The notes beneath the pieces were generated by a model. That model had not been told where the DNA came from and did no database searches. It saw only the letters and a list, made by a program, of their open reading frames with translations. Positions 36,595-53,700 of a stretch of 64,000 nt of DNA are shown here, in pieces. A program made the translations under genes and the position numbers. The DNA lies in assembly GCA_964016885.1 (NCBI GenBank), contig OZ024740.1, positions 398,226,001 to 398,290,000 of the forward strand, given 5' to 3'. The stretch is from Eledone cirrhosa. Lineage: Eukaryota. Position 1 is the first letter of the stretch. The number at the start of each line of letters is the position of its first letter.

Positions 36595-36999
36595 TCTCTT
36601 CCTCTCTCTTCCTCTCTCTTTCTCTCTTTCTCTCAATCTCTCCCTCTCTCTTTCTCTCTTTCTCTCAATCTCTCCCTCTCTCTTTCTCTCTTTCTCTCTT
36701 TCTCTCTTTCTCTTAATCTCTCCCTCTCTCTTTCTCTCAATCTCTCCCTCTCTCTTTCTATCTTTCTCTCAATCTCTCCCTCTCTCCCTCTCTCTTTCTC
36801 TCTTTCTCTTAATCTCTCCCTCTCTCTTTCTCTCTTTCTCTCAATCTCTCCCTCTATCTTTCACTCTTTCTCTCAATCTCTCTGTCTCTCTTTCTCTTCA
36901 TTCTTCTTTTTTCTTCTTTCCTGCCTTCTTTTTCTCTTTCTTTATCCTTCTTTTCTTTTACTCCCTTTCTTCATCTTTTCCATCCTTCTTTCCTCCCTA

Positions 37000-37062
<63 letters not shown>

Positions 37063-37625
37063 TATCTATCTATTTACCTGCCTACCCATTTATCTGTTTA
37101 TCTATCTTTATTCGTATAATTTCTTCTCTTTTCCTTTTCTTTCTTTTTCTTCAAATTTATTACTTTTTCACCCTTGCCTTCCTTCCTATATCTTTCATTC
37201 CCTTCACTTCTTCATTTCTTTCTATACTATACTGATTCTTTTTTTCATTCTTTCTTCCTTCCTTCAAGCAACCCATCTTATTTTACCTTAATTTCTGCGA
37301 TCCTTTTTTTCACCTCATTCTTTAAATTTCTTCATTCGTTTACTACTTTTGCTCATTCCCTTCTATATTCCATTAACTTATTCCCTTTTTCTACTCTTCT
37401 TCCATTCTTCTTTCATTTTTCACTCCTTTCATTATTTTCTTCTTCCCTTTCTTTCTCCTTCCTTTTCATTTTTTTTCTTTTTGGACTTCTCTCTTTCATT
37501 CCTTCTCACATTCTTCCCCTCCGCAATTCTACCCTTCTTACTTTACTGTCTCATTCATTTATTTCCAAACTTCTCTCATTCTCTCAGCAACTGTCCTATT
37601 TCATTATTCATTTGTCATTTCATTC
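36595..37625. repeat. CT-rich minisatellite and polypyrimidine low-complexity tract
   Basis: Repeated TCTCAATCTCTCCCTCTC units followed by T/C-rich sequence. Confidence 0.85.
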
Positions 37626-37639
37626 AGAAGTATGAGAGT

Positions 37640-38720
37640 AAAACATACAGAAACCTTGTGACAGTAAAACTTGATTACAGAAAGGCTTTCGATTCTATTC
37701 CCCAATCATAATTGCTGAAATCACTGCATTTGGCAAAAGCACCAGATGTCATATTTTACTACAACTGAAAGGGTCACAAAACCTGGTGAACAACCCCCAT
37801 TGTTGTTACTAAAAGTAGAGCAATTGTCTCTGATGTTATGAATATTTCGACTGAAATGTTCCAAGGAGAACGTCTGTCCATACTTGTTTATTTAGGCAAT
37901 AAATCCACTGTTATTTCTTTTATAAAAATTCAATGTTTGAATGTTATGGTCTATAACCACAAGATATATCAATATAATCCATAATCTCTTTGTAGACGAT
38001 AAAAAATCTATACTAAAAATATCTGCAATGTTGAGAAACAGGTAGATTTAGAAACAATGTTTCAGTTTTCAACTGATATAGGGATGGAATAGGCTAAAAT
38101 AATTATTCATATTATAAAATTAAACGCAGAAAAGCCGTTTTAACCCCAACAATATTTACATTAATGGTCTCTATATATACCCTATGTTCCACATAATGGA
38201 TGCGACAAATACCTAGGTATTCATGAAAAGATATTATACAATGGTATTTTGAACGATAATTGTTTCTATTTTTTGGCACAAGTCCAGCAATTATTTCAGT
38301 ACATTAGTGCATTACTGGTACTTTATGTTATCGACCTCGTAAGGATGAAAGGCAAAGTTAACTGCGGCAGGATTTGAACTCAAATCGTAAAGCGGCGTAA
38401 CTCTATGCTGCAAAGCATGACGTCAAACCTTCTACTGAAACTGCCAATCCACCGCCTTTACTGCCAATCCACCGGCTTATGTTTTGAACAATAATGAAGT
38501 GAACAAAGAATATTACAGCAAATTCTTTTAATGTGGCAGTCTCTTTTTACAAGGAGAAAATAAATCATAATGCATTTGCACTACCAGTACTGATACCAAC
38601 ATTTGGAGTATTTTCCTGGGCTATAACGGAAATCTACTCCTTAGATATTAAAACCTTCAAGACTCTATCAACTGGAAGTTTCAATAGATATAGAAAATAA
38701 GCAAGAAGAGACGTAATACC
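37640..38720 (+). pseudogene. Heavily decayed R4/Dong-like RT fragment
   Basis: LDYRKAFDSIPQS, NLFVDD, YLGI and FALPVLIPTFG motifs in the same order as 14800-15530. Confidence 0.75.
38261..38481 (-). mobile_element. SINE family B inserted into the RT remnant, with TSD
   Basis: TSD TTTTGAAC(G/A)ATAAT at 38247-38260 and 38482-38495. The 5' ACTGCCAATCCACCG is duplicated. Confidence 0.85.
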
Positions 38721-38737
38721 AGTGCAGGCAGCATTTT

Positions 38738-41700
38738 ACTGTCATATTGTATCACTCAGACTGTCGTATAGTATCACTCAGTCTGTCATATTGTATCACT
38801 CAGACTGTCATATTGTATTACTCAGACTGTCATATTGTATCATTCAAACTGTCATATTGTATCACTCAGACTGTCGTATAGTATCACTCAGACTGTCATA
38901 TTGTATCATTCAGACTGTCATATTGTATCACTCAGACTGTCATATTGTATCACTCAGACTGTCATATTGCATCACTCAGACTGTCATATAGTATCACTCA
39001 TACTGTCATATTGTATCACTCAGACTGTCATATAGTATCACTCAGACTGTCATATTGTATCACTCAGACTGTCATATTGTATCACTCAGACTGTCATATA
39101 GTATCTCTCAGACTGTCATATAGTATCACTCAAACTGTCGTATTGTATCACTCAGACTGTCATATAGTATCACTCAGACTGTCATATTGTATCACTCAGA
39201 CTGTCATACTGTATCACTCAGACTGTCATATAGTATCACTCAGACTGTCATATTGTATCACTCAGACTGTCATATAGTATCTCTCAGACTGTCATATAGT
39301 ATCACTCAAACTGTCGTATTGTATCACTCAGACTGTCATATAGTATCTCTCAGACTGTCATATAGTATCACTCAAACTGTCATATTGTATCACTCAGACT
39401 GTCGTATTGTATCACTCAGACTGTCATATAGTATCACTCAGAGTGTCATATTGTATCACTCATACTGTCATATTGTATCACTCAGACTGTCATATTGTAT
39501 CACTCAGACTGTCATACTGTATCACTCTGACTGTCATATTGTATCACTCAGACTGTAATATTGTATCACTCAGACTGTCGTATAGTATCACTCAGACTGT
39601 CATATTGTATCATTCAGACTGTCATATTGTATCACTCAGACTGTCATATTGTATCACTCAGACTGTCATATTGTATCACTCAGACTGTCATATAGTATCA
39701 CTCAGACTGTCATATTGTATCACTCAGACTGTCATATTGTATCACTCAGACTGTCATATAGTATCTCTCAGACTGTCATATAGTATCACTCAAACTGTCG
39801 TATTGTATCATTCAAACTGTCATATTGTATCACTCAGACTGTCATATAGTATCACTCAGACTGTCATAGAGTATCACTCAGACTGTCACATAGTATCACT
39901 CAGACTGTCATATTGTATCACTCAGACTGTCATATTGTATCACTCAGACTGTCATATAGTATCACTCAGACTGTCATATTGTATCACTCAGACTGTCATA
40001 TTGTATCACTCAGACTGTCATATAGTATCACTCAGACTGTCATATTGTATCATTCAGACTGTCATACTGTATCACTCAGACTGTCATATAGTATCACTCA
40101 GACTGTCATATAGTATCACTCAGACTGTCATAGAGTATCATTCAGACTGTCATATTGTATCACTCAGACTGTCGTATAGTATCACTCAGACTATCGTATT
40201 GTATCACTCAGACTGTCATATAGTATCACTCAGACTGTCATATTGTATCACTCAGACTGTCATATAGTATCACTCAGACTGTCATATTGTATCACTCAGA
40301 CTGTCATATAGTATCACTCAGACTGTCATATTGTATCATTCAGATTGTCATACTGTATCACTCAGACTGTCATATAGTATCACTCAGACGGTCATATTGT
40401 ATCATTCAGACTGTCATATAGTATAACTCAGACTGTCATATAGTATCATTCAGACTGTCATATTGTATCACTCAGACTGTCGTATAGTATCACTCAGACT
40501 ATCGTATTGTATCACTCAGACTGTCATATAGTATCACTCAGACTGTCATATTGTATCACTCAGACTGTCATATAGTATCACTCAGACTGTCATATTGTAT
40601 CACTCAGACTGTCATATAGTATCACTCAGACTGTCATATTGTATCATTCAGATTGTCATACTGTATCACTCAGACTGTCATATAGTATCACTCAGACGGT
40701 CATATTGTATCATTCAGACTGTCATATAGTATAACTCAGACTGTCATATAGTATCATTCAGACTGTCATATTGTATCACTCAGACTGTCGTATAGTATCA
40801 CTCAGACTATCGTATTGTATCACTCAGACTGTCATATAGTATCACTCAGACTGTCATATTGTATCACTCAGACTGTCATATAGTATCACTCAGACTGTCA
40901 TATTGTATCACTCAGACTGTCATATAGTATCACTCAGACTGTCATATTGTATCATTCAGATTGTCATACTGTATCACTCAGACTGTCATATAGTATCACG
41001 CAGACGGTCATATTGTATCATTCAGACTGTCATATAGTATCACTCAGACAGTCATATAGTATAACTCAGACTGTCATATTGTATCATTCAGACTGTCATA
41101 TTGTATCACTCAGACGGTCATATAGTATCACTCAGACGGTCATATTGTATCACTCAGACTGTCATATTGTATCACCCAGACTGTCATATTGTATCACTCA
41201 TACTGTCATATTGTATCACTCAGACTGTCATATTGTATCACTCAGACTGTCATACTGTATCACTCTGACTGTCATATTGTATCACTCAGACTGTAATATT
41301 GTATCATTCAGACTGTCATATTGTATCACTCAGACTGTCATATTGTATCACTCAGACTGTCATATTGTATCACTCAGACTGTCATATAGTATCACTCAGA
41401 CTGTCATATTGTATCACTCAGACTGTCATATTGTATCACTCAGACTGTCATATAGTATCTCTCAGACTGTCATATAGTATCACTCAAACTGTCGTATTGT
41501 ATCATTCAAACTGTCATATTGTATCACTCAGACTGTCATATAGTATCACTCAGACTGTCATATAGTATCACTCAGACTGTCATATAGTATCACTCAGACT
41601 GTCATATTGTATCACTCAGACTGTCATATTGTATCACTCAGACTGTCATATAGTATCACTCAGACTGTCATATTGTATCACTCAGACTGTCATATTGTAT

Positions 41701-44700
41701 CACTCAGACTGTCATATAGTATCACTCAGACTGTCATATTGTATCATTCAGACTGTCATATTGTATCACTCAGACTGTCATATAGTATCACTCAGACTGT
41801 CATATAGTATCACTCAGACTGTCATATAGTATCACTCAGACTGTCATAGAGTATCATTCAGACTGTCATATTGTATCACTCAGACTGTCGTATAGTATCA
41901 CTCAGACTATCGTATTGTATCACTCAGACTGTCATATAGTATCACTCAGACTGTCATATTGTATCACTCAGACTGTCATATAGTATCACTCAGACTGTCA
42001 TATTGTATCACTCAGACTGTCATATAGTATCACTCAGACTGTCATATTGTATCATTCAGATTGTCATACTGTATCACTCAGACTGTCATATAGTATCACT
42101 CAGACGGTCATATTGTATCATTCAGACTGTCATATAGTATAACTCAGACTGTCATATAGTATCATTCAGACTGTCATATTGTATCACTCAGACTGTCGTA
42201 TAGTATCACTCAGACTATCGTATTGTATCACTCAGACTGTCATATAGTATCACTCAGACTGTCATATTGTATCACTCAGACTGTCATATAGTATCACTCA
42301 GACTGTCATATTGTATCACTCAGACTGTCATATAGTATCACTCAGACTGTCATATTGTATCATTCAGATTGTCATACTGTATCACTCAGACTGTCATATA
42401 GTATCACGCAGACGGTCATATTGTATCATTCAGACTGTCATATGGTATCACTCAGACAGTCATATAGTATAACTCAGACTGTCATATTGTATCATTCAGA
42501 CTGTCATATTGTATCACTCAGACGGTCATATAGTATCACTCAGACGGTCATATTGTATCACTCAGACTGTCATATTGTATCACCCAGACTGTCATATTGT
42601 ATCACTCAGACTGTCATATTGTATCACTCAGACTATCGTATAGTATCACTCAGACTGTCATATTGTATCACTCAGACTGTCGTATAGTATCACTCAGACT
42701 GTCATATTGTATCATTCAGACTGTCATATAGTATCACTCAGACTGTCATATTGTATCATTCAGACTGTCATATTGTATCACTCAGACTGTCATATTGTAT
42801 CACTCAGACTGTCATATAGTATCACTCAGACTGTCATATTGTATCATTCAGACTGTCATATTGGATCACTCAGACTGTCATATTGTATCACTCAGACTGT
42901 CATATTGTATCATTCAGACTATCGTATAGTATCACTCAGACTGTCATATAGTATCTCTCAGACTGTCATATTGTATCATTCAGACTGTCATATAGTATCG
43001 CTCAGACTGTCATATTGTATCACTCAGACTGTCATATTGTATCACTCAGACTGTCATATTGTGTCATTCAGACTATCGTATAGTATCACTCAGACTGTCA
43101 TATAGTATCTCTCAGACTGTCATATTGTATCATTCAGACTGTCATATTGTATCACTCAGACCATCGTACTGTATCACTCAGATTGTCATATTGTATAATT
43201 CAGACTGTCATATTGTATCATTCAGACTGTCATATAGTATCACTCAGACTGTCATATAGTATCATTCAGACTGTCATATTGTATCACTCAGACTGTCATA
43301 TTGTATCACTCAGACTGTCATATTGTATCACTCAGACTGTCATATAGTATCACTCAGACTGTCATATAGCATCACTCAGAATGTCATATTGTATCATTCA
43401 GACTGTCATATAGTATCACTCAGACTGTCATATAGTATCACTCAGACTGTCATATTGTATCACTCAGACTGTCATATTGTATCACTCAGACTGTCATATA
43501 GTATCACTCAGACTGTCATATTGTATCACTCAGACTGTCATATTGTATCACTCAGACTGTCATATAGTATCACTCAGACTGTCATATTGTATCATTCAGA
43601 CTGTCATATTGTATCACTCAGACTGTCATATAGTATCACTCAGACTGTCATATAGTATCACTCAGACTGTCATAGAGTATCATTCAGACTGTCATATTGT
43701 ATCACTCAGACTGTCGTATAGTATCACTCAGACTATCGTATTGTATCACTCAGACTGTCATATAGTATCACTCAGACTGTCATATTGTATCACTCAGACT
43801 GTCATATAGTATCACTCAGACTGTCATATTGTATCACTCAGACTGTCATATAGTATCACTCAGACTGTCATATTGTATCATTCAGATTGTCATACTGTAT
43901 CACTCAGATTGTCATATAGTATCACTCAGACGGTCATATTGTATCATTCAGACTGTCATATAGTATAACTCAGACTGTCATATAGTATCATTCAGACTGT
44001 CATATTGTATCACTCAGACTGTCGTATAGTATCACTCAGACTATCGTATTGTATCACTCAGACTGTCATATAGTATCACTCAGACTGTCATATTGTATCA
44101 CTCAGACTGTCATATAGTATCACTCAGACTGTCATATTGTATCACTCAGACTGTCATATAGTATCACTCAGACTGTCATATTGTATCATTCAGATTGTCA
44201 TACTGTATCACTCAGACTGTCATATAGTATCACGCAGACGGTCATATTGTATCATTCAGACTGTCATATAGTATCACTCAGACAGTCATATAGTATAACT
44301 CAGACTGTCATATTGTATCATTCAGACTGTCATATTGTATCACTCAGACGGTCATATAGTATCACTCAGACGGTCATATTGTATCACTCAGACTGTCATA
44401 TTGTATCACCCAGACTGTCATATTGTATCACTCAGACTGTCATATTGTATCACTCAGACTATCGTATAGTATCACTCAGACTGTCATATAGTATCGCTCA
44501 GACTGTCATATAGTATCACTCAGACTGTCATATTGTATCACTCAGACTGTCATATAGTATCTCTCAGACTGTCATATAGTATCACTCAGACTGTCATATA
44601 GTATCACTCAGACTGTCATATTGTATCATTCAGACTGTCATATTGTATCACTCAGACTGTCATATTGTATCACTCAGACTGTCATATTGTATCATTCAAA

Positions 44701-47700
44701 CTGTCATATAGTATCACTCAGACTGTCATATAGTATCACTCAGACTGTCATATAGTATCACTCAGACTGTCATATAGTATCACTCAGACTGTCATATTGT
44801 ATCATTCAGACTGTCATATTGTATCACTCAGGCTGTCATATTGTATCACTCAGACTGTCGTATAGTATCACTCAGACTGTCATATTGTATCATTCAGACT
44901 GTCATATAGTATCACTCAGACTGTCATATTGTATCATTCAGACTGTCATATTGTATCACTCAGACTGTCATATTGTATCACTCAGACTGTCATATAGTAT
45001 CACTCAGACTGTCATATTGTATCATTCAGACTGTCATATTGGATCACTCAGACTGTCATATTGTATCACTCAGACTGTCATATTGTATCATTCAGACTAT
45101 CGTATAGTATCACTCAGACTGTCATATAGTATCTCTCAGACTGTCATATTGTATCATTCAGACTGTCATATAGTATCGCTCAGACTGTCATATTGTATCA
45201 CTCAGACTGTCATATTGTATCACTCAGACTGTCATATTGTGTCATTCAGACTATCGTATAGTATCACTCAGACTGTCATATAGTATCTCTCAGACTGTCA
45301 TATTGTATCATTCAGACTGTCATATTGTATCACTCAGACCATCGTACTGTATCACTCAGATTGTCATATTGTATAATTCAGACTGTCATATTGTATCATT
45401 CAGACTGTCATATAGTATCACTCAGACTGTCATATAGTATCATTCAGACTGTCATATTGTATCACTCAGACTGTCATATTGTATCACTCAGACTGTCATA
45501 TTGTATCACTCAGACTGTCATATAGTATCACTCAGACTGTCATATAGCATCACTCACAATGTCATATTGTATCATTCAGACTGTCATATAGTATCACTCA
45601 GACTGTCATATTGTATCATTCAGACTGTCATATTGTATTACTCAGACTGTCATATTGTATCACTCAGACTGTCATATTGTATCACTCAAACTGTCATATT
45701 GTATCACCCAGACTGTCATATTGTATCACTCAGACTGTCATATAGTATCACTCAGACTGTCATATTGTATCACCCAGGCTGTCATATAGTATCACTCAGA
45801 CTGTCATATTGTATCACTCAGACTATCGTATAGTATCACTCAGACTGTCATATAGTATCACTCAGTCTGTCATATAGTATCACTCAGACTGTCATATTAT
45901 ATCACTCAGACTGTCATATAGTATCTCTCAGACTGTCATATTGTATCATTCAGACTGTCATATTGTATCACTCAGACTGTCATATTGTATCGCCCAGACT
46001 GTCATATTGTATCACTAAGACTGTCATATAGTATCACTCAGACTGTCATATAGTATCACTCAGACTGTCATATTGTATCACTCAGACTGTCGTATAGTAT
46101 CACTCAGACTGTCATATAGGATCACTCAGACTGTCATATAGTATCACTCAGACTGTCATATAGAATCACTCAGACTGTCGTATTGTATCACCCAGACTGT
46201 CATATTGTATAACTCAGACTGTCATATTGTATCACTCAGACTGTCGTATAGCATCACTCAGACTGTCATATAGTATCACTCAGACTGTCATATAGTATCA
46301 CTCAGACTGTCATATAGTATCACTCAGACTGTCATATAGTATCACTCAGACTGTCATATTGTATCACCCAGACTGTCATATAGTATCACTCAGACTGTCT
46401 TATTGTATCACTCAGACTGTCATATTGTATCACTCAGACTGTCATATTGTATCACCCAGACTGTCATATAGTATCACTCAGACTGTCATATTGTATCACT
46501 CAGACTATCGTATAGTATCACTCAGACTGTCATATAGTATCACTCAGACTGTCATATAGTATCACTCAGACTGTCATATTGTATCACCCAGACTGTTATA
46601 TTGTATCACTCAGACTGTCATATTGTATCACTCAGACTGTCGTATAGTATCACTCAGACTGTCATATAGTATCACTCAGACTGTCATATAGTATCACTCA
46701 GACTGTCGTATAGTATCACTCAGACTGTCATATAGTATCACTCAGACTGTCATATAGTACCACTCAGACTGTCATATTGTATCACTCAGACTGTCGTATA
46801 GTATCACTCAGACTGTCATATAGTGTCACTCAGACTGTCATATAGTATCACTCAAACTGTCATATAGTATCACTCAGACTGTCATATAGTATCACTCAGA
46901 CTGTCGTATTGTATCACCCAGACTGTCATATTGTATCACTCAGACTGTCATATTGTATCACTCAGACTGCCGTATAGTATCACTCAGACTGTCATATAGT
47001 ATCACTCAGACTGTCATATAGTATCACTCAGACTGTCATATAGTATCACTCAGACTGTCATATAGTATCACTCAGACTGTCGTATTGTATCACCCAGACT
47101 GTCATATTGTATCACTGTCGTATAGTATCACTCAGACTGTCATATTGTATCACTCAGACTGTCATATTGTATCAATCAGACTGTCATATACTATCACTCA
47201 GACTGTCATATAGTATCACTCAGACTGTCATATAGTATCACTCAGACTGTCATATAGTATCACTCAGACTGTCATATTGTATCAGTCAGACTGTCATATT
47301 GTATCTCTCAGACTGTCATATTGTATCATTCAGACTGTCATATTGTATCACTCAGACTGTCATATAGTATCACTCAGACTGTCATATAGTATCATTCAGA
47401 CTGTCATATAATATCACTCAGACTGTCATATAGTATCATTCAGACTGTCATATTGTATCACTCAAACTGTCATATAGTATCACTCAGACTGTCATATTGT
47501 ATCACTCCGACTGTCATATAGTATCTCTCAGACTGTCATATAGTATCACTCAGACTGTCATATAGTATCACTCAGACTGTCATATTGTATCACTGAGACG
47601 GTCATATTGTATCACTCAGACTGTCATATAGTATCACTCAGACTGTCATATTGTATCACTCAGACTGTCATATAGTATCACTCATACTGTCATATTGTAT

Positions 47701-50700
47701 CTCTCAGACTGTCATAAAGTATCACTCAGACTATCATATTGTATCACTCAGATTGTCATATAGTATCATTCAGACTGTCATATTGTATCACTCAGACTCA
47801 AATATAGTATCATTCAGACTGTCATTGTGTATCACTCAGACTGTCATATGGTATCTCTCAGACTGTCATATAGTATCATTCAGACTGTCATATTGTATCA
47901 CTCAGACTGTCATATAGTATCTCTCAGACTGTCGTATAGTATCACTCAGACTGTCATATAGTATCATTCAGACTGTCATATTGTATCACTCAGACTGTCA
48001 AATTGTATCATTCAGACTGTCATATAGTATCACTCAGACTGTCATGTAGTATCACTCAGACTGTCATATCGTATCACCCAGACTGTCATATTGTATCACT
48101 CAGACTGTCATATAGTATCACTCAGACTGTCATATTGTATCACTCAGACCATCGTACTGTATCACTCAGATTGTCATATTGTATAATTCAGACTGTCATA
48201 TTGTATCATTCAGACTGTCATATAGTATCACTCAGACTGTCATATAGTATCATTCAGACTGTCATATTGTATCACTCAGACTGTCATATTGTATCACTCA
48301 GACTGTCATATTGTATCACTCAGACTGTCATATAGTATCACTCAGACTGTCATATAGCATCACTCACAATGTCATATTGTATCATTCAGACTGTCATATA
48401 GTATCACTCAGACTGTCATATTGTATCATTCAGACTGTCATATTGTATTACTCAGACTGTCATATTGTATCACTCAGACTGTCATATTGTATCACTCAAA
48501 CTGTCATATTGTATCACCCAGACTGTCATATTGTATCACTCAGACTGTCATATAGTATCACTCAGACTGTCATATTGTATCACCCAGGCTGTCATATAGT
48601 ATCACTCAGACTGTCATATTGTATCACTCAGACTATCGTATAGTATCACTCAGACTGTCATATAGTATCACTCAGTCTGTCATATACTATCACTCAGACT
48701 GTCATATTATATCACTCAGACTGTCATATAGTATCTCTCAGACTGTCATATTGTATCATTCAGACTGTCATATTGTATCACTCAGACTGTCATATTGTAT
48801 CGCCCAGACTGTCATATTGTATCACTAAGACTGTCATATAGTATCACTCAGACTGTCATATAGTATCACTCAGACTGTCATATTGTATCACTCAGACTGT
48901 CGTATAGTATCACTCAGACTGTCATATAGGATCTCTCAGACTGTCATATAGTATCACTCAGACTGTCATATAGAATCACTCAGACTGTTGTATTGTATCA
49001 CCCAGACTGTCATATTGTATAACTCAGACTGTCATATTGTATCACTCAGACTGTCGTATAGCATCACTCAGACTGTCATATAGTATCACTCAGACTGTCA
49101 TATAGTATCACTCAGACTGTCATATAGTATCACTCAGACTGTCATATAGTATCACTCAGACTGTCATATTGTATCACCCAGACTGTCATATAGTATCACT
49201 CAGACTGTCTTATTGTATCACTCAGACTGTCATATTGTATCACTCAGACTGTCATATTGTATCACCCAGACTGTCATATAGTATCACTCAGACTGTCATA
49301 TTGTATCACTCAGACTATCGTATAGTATCACTCAGACTGTCATATAGTATCACTCAGACTGTCATATAGTATCACTCAGACTGTCATATTGTATCACTCA
49401 GACTGTCATATTGTATCACCCAGACTGTTATATTGTATCACTCAGACTGTCATATTGTATCACTCAGACTGTCGTATAGTATCACTCAGACTGTCATATA
49501 GTATCACTCAGACTGTCATATAGTATCACTCAGACTGTCGTATTGTATCACCCACACTGTCATATAGTATCACTCAGACTGTCATATAGTATCACTCAGA
49601 CTGTCATATAGTACCACTGAGACTGTCATATTGTATCACTCAGACTGTCGTATAGTATCACTCAGACTGTCATATAGTGTCACTCAGACTGTCATATAGT
49701 ATCACTCAAACTGTCATATAGTATCACTCAGACTGTCATATAGTATCACTCAGACTGTCGTATTGTATCACCCAGACTGTCATATTGTATCACTCAGACT
49801 GTCATATTGTATCACTCAGACTGCCGTATAGTATCACTCAGACTGTCATATAGTATCACTCAGACTGTCATATGGTATCACTCAGACTGTCATATAGTAT
49901 CACTCAGACTGTCATATAGTATCACTCAGACTGTCGTATTGTATCACCCAGACTGTCATATTGTATCACTGTCGTATAGTATCACTCAGACTGTCATATT
50001 GTATCACTCAGACTGTCATATTGTATCACTCAGACTGTCATATTGTATCAATCAGACTGTCATATACTATCACTCAGACTGTCATATAGTATCACTCAGA
50101 CTGTCATATAGTATCACTCAGACTGTCATATAGTATCACTCAGACTGTCATATTGTATCAGTCAGACTGTCATATTGTATCTCTCAGACTGTCATATTGT
50201 ATCATTCAGACTGTCATATTGTATCACTCAGACTGTCATATAGTATCACTCAGACTGTCATATAGTATCATTCAGACTGTCATATAATATCACTCAGACT
50301 GTCATATAGTATCATTCAGACTGTCATATTGTATCACTCAGACTGTCATATAGTATCACTCAGACTGTCATATTGTATCACTCCGACTGTCATATAGTAT
50401 CTCTCAGACTGTCATATAGTATCACTCAGACTGTCATATAGTATCACTCAGACTGTCATATTGTATCACTGAGACGGTCATATTGTATCACTCAGACTAT
50501 CATATTGTATCACTCAGATTGTCATATAGTATCATTCAGACTGTCATATTGTATCACTCAGACTCAAATATAGTATCATTCAGACTGTCATTGTGTATCA
50601 CTCAGACTGTCATATGGTATCTCTCAGACTGTCATATAGTATCATTCAGACTGTCATATTGTATCACTCAGACTGTCATATAGTATCTCTCAGACTGTCG

Positions 50701-53700
50701 TATAGTATCACTCAGACTGTCATATAGTATCATTCAGACTGTCATATTGTATCACTCAGACTGTCAAATTGTATCATTCAGACTGTCATATAGTATCACT
50801 CAGACTGTCATGTAGTATCACTCAGACTGTCATATCGTATCACCCAGACTGTCATATTGTATCACTCAGACTGTCATATAGTATCACTCAGACTGTCATA
50901 TAGCATCACTCAGACTGTCATGTGGTATCACCCAGACTGTCATATTGTATCACTCAGACTGTCATATTGTATCATTCAGACTGTCATATAACATCACTCA
51001 GACTGTCATATAGTATCACTCAGACTGTCCTATAGTATCACTCAGACTGTCATATTCTATCTTTCAGACTGTCATATAGTATCACTCAGACTGTCATATA
51101 GTATCACGCAGACTGTCATATAGTATCACTCAGACTGTCGTATTGTATCACTCAGACTGTCATATTGTATCACTCGGACTGTCATATGGTATCACTCAGA
51201 CTGTCTTATTGTATCACTCAGACTGTCATATTGTATCACTCAGACTGTCATATTGTATCACTCAGACTGTCATATTGTATCACCCAGACTGTCATATAGT
51301 ATCACTCAGACTGTCATATTGTATCACTCAGACAAATCGTATAGTATCACTCAGACTGTCATATAGTATCACTCAGACTGTCATATAGTATCACTCAGAC
51401 TGTCATATTGTATCACTCAGACTGTCATATAGTATCTCTCAGACTGTCATATTGTATCATTCAGACTCTCATATTGTATCACTCAGACTGTCATATTGTA
51501 TCACCCAGACTGTTATATTGTATCACTCACACTGTCATATTGTATCACTCACACTGTCATATAGTATCACTCAGACTGTCATATTGTATCACCCAGACTG
51601 TCATATTGTATCACTCAGACTGTCATATTGTATCACCCAGACTGTTATATTGTATCACTCACACTGTCATATTGTATCACTCACACTGTCATATAGTATC
51701 ACTCAGACTGTCGTATTGTATCACCCAGACTGTCGTATAGTATCACTCAGACTGTCATATAGTATCACTCAGACTGTCATATAGTATCACTCAGACTGTC
51801 ATATTGTATCACTCAGACTGTCATATAGTATCACTCAGACTGTCATATAGTATCACTCAGACTGTCATATTGTATCATTCAGATTGTCATACTGTATCAC
51901 TCAGATTGTCATATAGTATCACTCAGACGGTCATATTGTATCATTCAGACTGTCATATAGTATAACTCAGACTGTCATATAGTATCATTCAGACTGTCAT
52001 ATTGTATCACTCAGACTGTCGTATAGTATCACTCAGACTATCGTATTGTATCACTCAGACTGTCATATAGTATCACTCAGACTGTCATATTGTATCACTC
52101 AGACTGTCATATAGTATCACTCAGACTGTCATATTGTATCACTCAGACTGTCATATAGTATCACTCAGACTGTCATATTGTATCATTCAGATTGTCATAC
52201 TGTATCACTCAGACTGTCATATAGTATCACGCAGACGGTCATATTGTATCATTCAGACTGTCATATAGTATCACTCAGACAGTCATATAGTATAACTCAG
52301 ACTGTCATATTGTATCATTCAGACTGTCATATTGTATCACTCAGACGGTCATATAGTATCACTCAGACGGTCATATTGTATCACTCAGACTGTCATATTG
52401 TATCACCCAGACTGTCATATTGTATCTCTCAGACTGTCATATTGTATCACTCAGACTATCGTATAGTATCACTCAGACTGTCATATAGTATCGCTCAGAC
52501 TGTCATATAGTATCACTCAGACTGTCATATTGTATCACTCAGACTGTCATATAGTATCTCTCAGACTGTCATATAGTATCACTCAGACTGTCATATAGTA
52601 TCACTCAGACTGTCATATTGTATCATTCAGACTGTCATATTGTATCACTCAGACTGTCATATTGTATCACTCAGACTGTCATATTGTATCATTCAAACTG
52701 TCATATAGTATCACTCAGACTGTCATATAGTATCACTCAGACTGTCATATAGTATCACTCAGACTGTCATATAGTATCACTCAGACTGTCATATTGTATC
52801 ATTCAGACTGTCATATTGTATCACTCAGGCTGTCATATTGTATCACTCAGACTGTCGTATAGTATCACTCAGACTGTCATATTGTATCATTCAGACTGTC
52901 ATATAGTATCACTCAGACTGTCATATTGTATCATTCAGACTGTCATATTGTATCACTCAGACTGTCATATTGTATCACTCAGACTGTCATATAGTATCAC
53001 TCAGACTGTCATATTGTATCATTCAGACTGTCATATTGGATCACTCAGACTGTCATATTGTATCACTCAGACTGTCATATTGTATCATTCAGACTATCGT
53101 ATAGTATCACTCAGACTGTCATATAGTATCTCTCAGACTGTCATATTGTATCATTCAGACTGTCATATAGTATCGCTCAGACTGTCATATTGTATCACTC
53201 AGACTGTCATATTGTATCACTCAGACTGTCATATTGTGTCATTCAGACTATCGTATAGTATCACTCAGACTGTCATATAGTATCTCTCAGACTGTCATAT
53301 TGTATCATTCAGACTGTCATATTGTATCACTCAGACCATCGTACTGTATCACTCAGATTGTCATATTGTATAATTCAGACTGTCATATTGTATCATTCAG
53401 ACTGTCATATAGTATCACTCAGACTGTCATATAGTATCATTCAGACTGTCATATTGTATCACTCAGACTGTCATATTGTATCACTCAGACTGTCATATTG
53501 TATCACTCAGACTGTCATATAGTATCACTCAGACTGTCATATAGCATCACTCACAATGTCATATTGTATCATTCAGACTGTCATATAGTATCACTCAGAC
53601 TGTCATATTGTATCATTCAGACTGTCATATTGTATTACTCAGACTGTCATATTGTATCACTCAGACTGTCATATTGTATCACTCAAACTGTCATATTGTA

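Noticed and set aside
36514-37635. Hydrophobic Leu/Ser/Phe-rich ORFs resembling membrane proteins
   Set aside because: They come from CT-rich low-complexity DNA.
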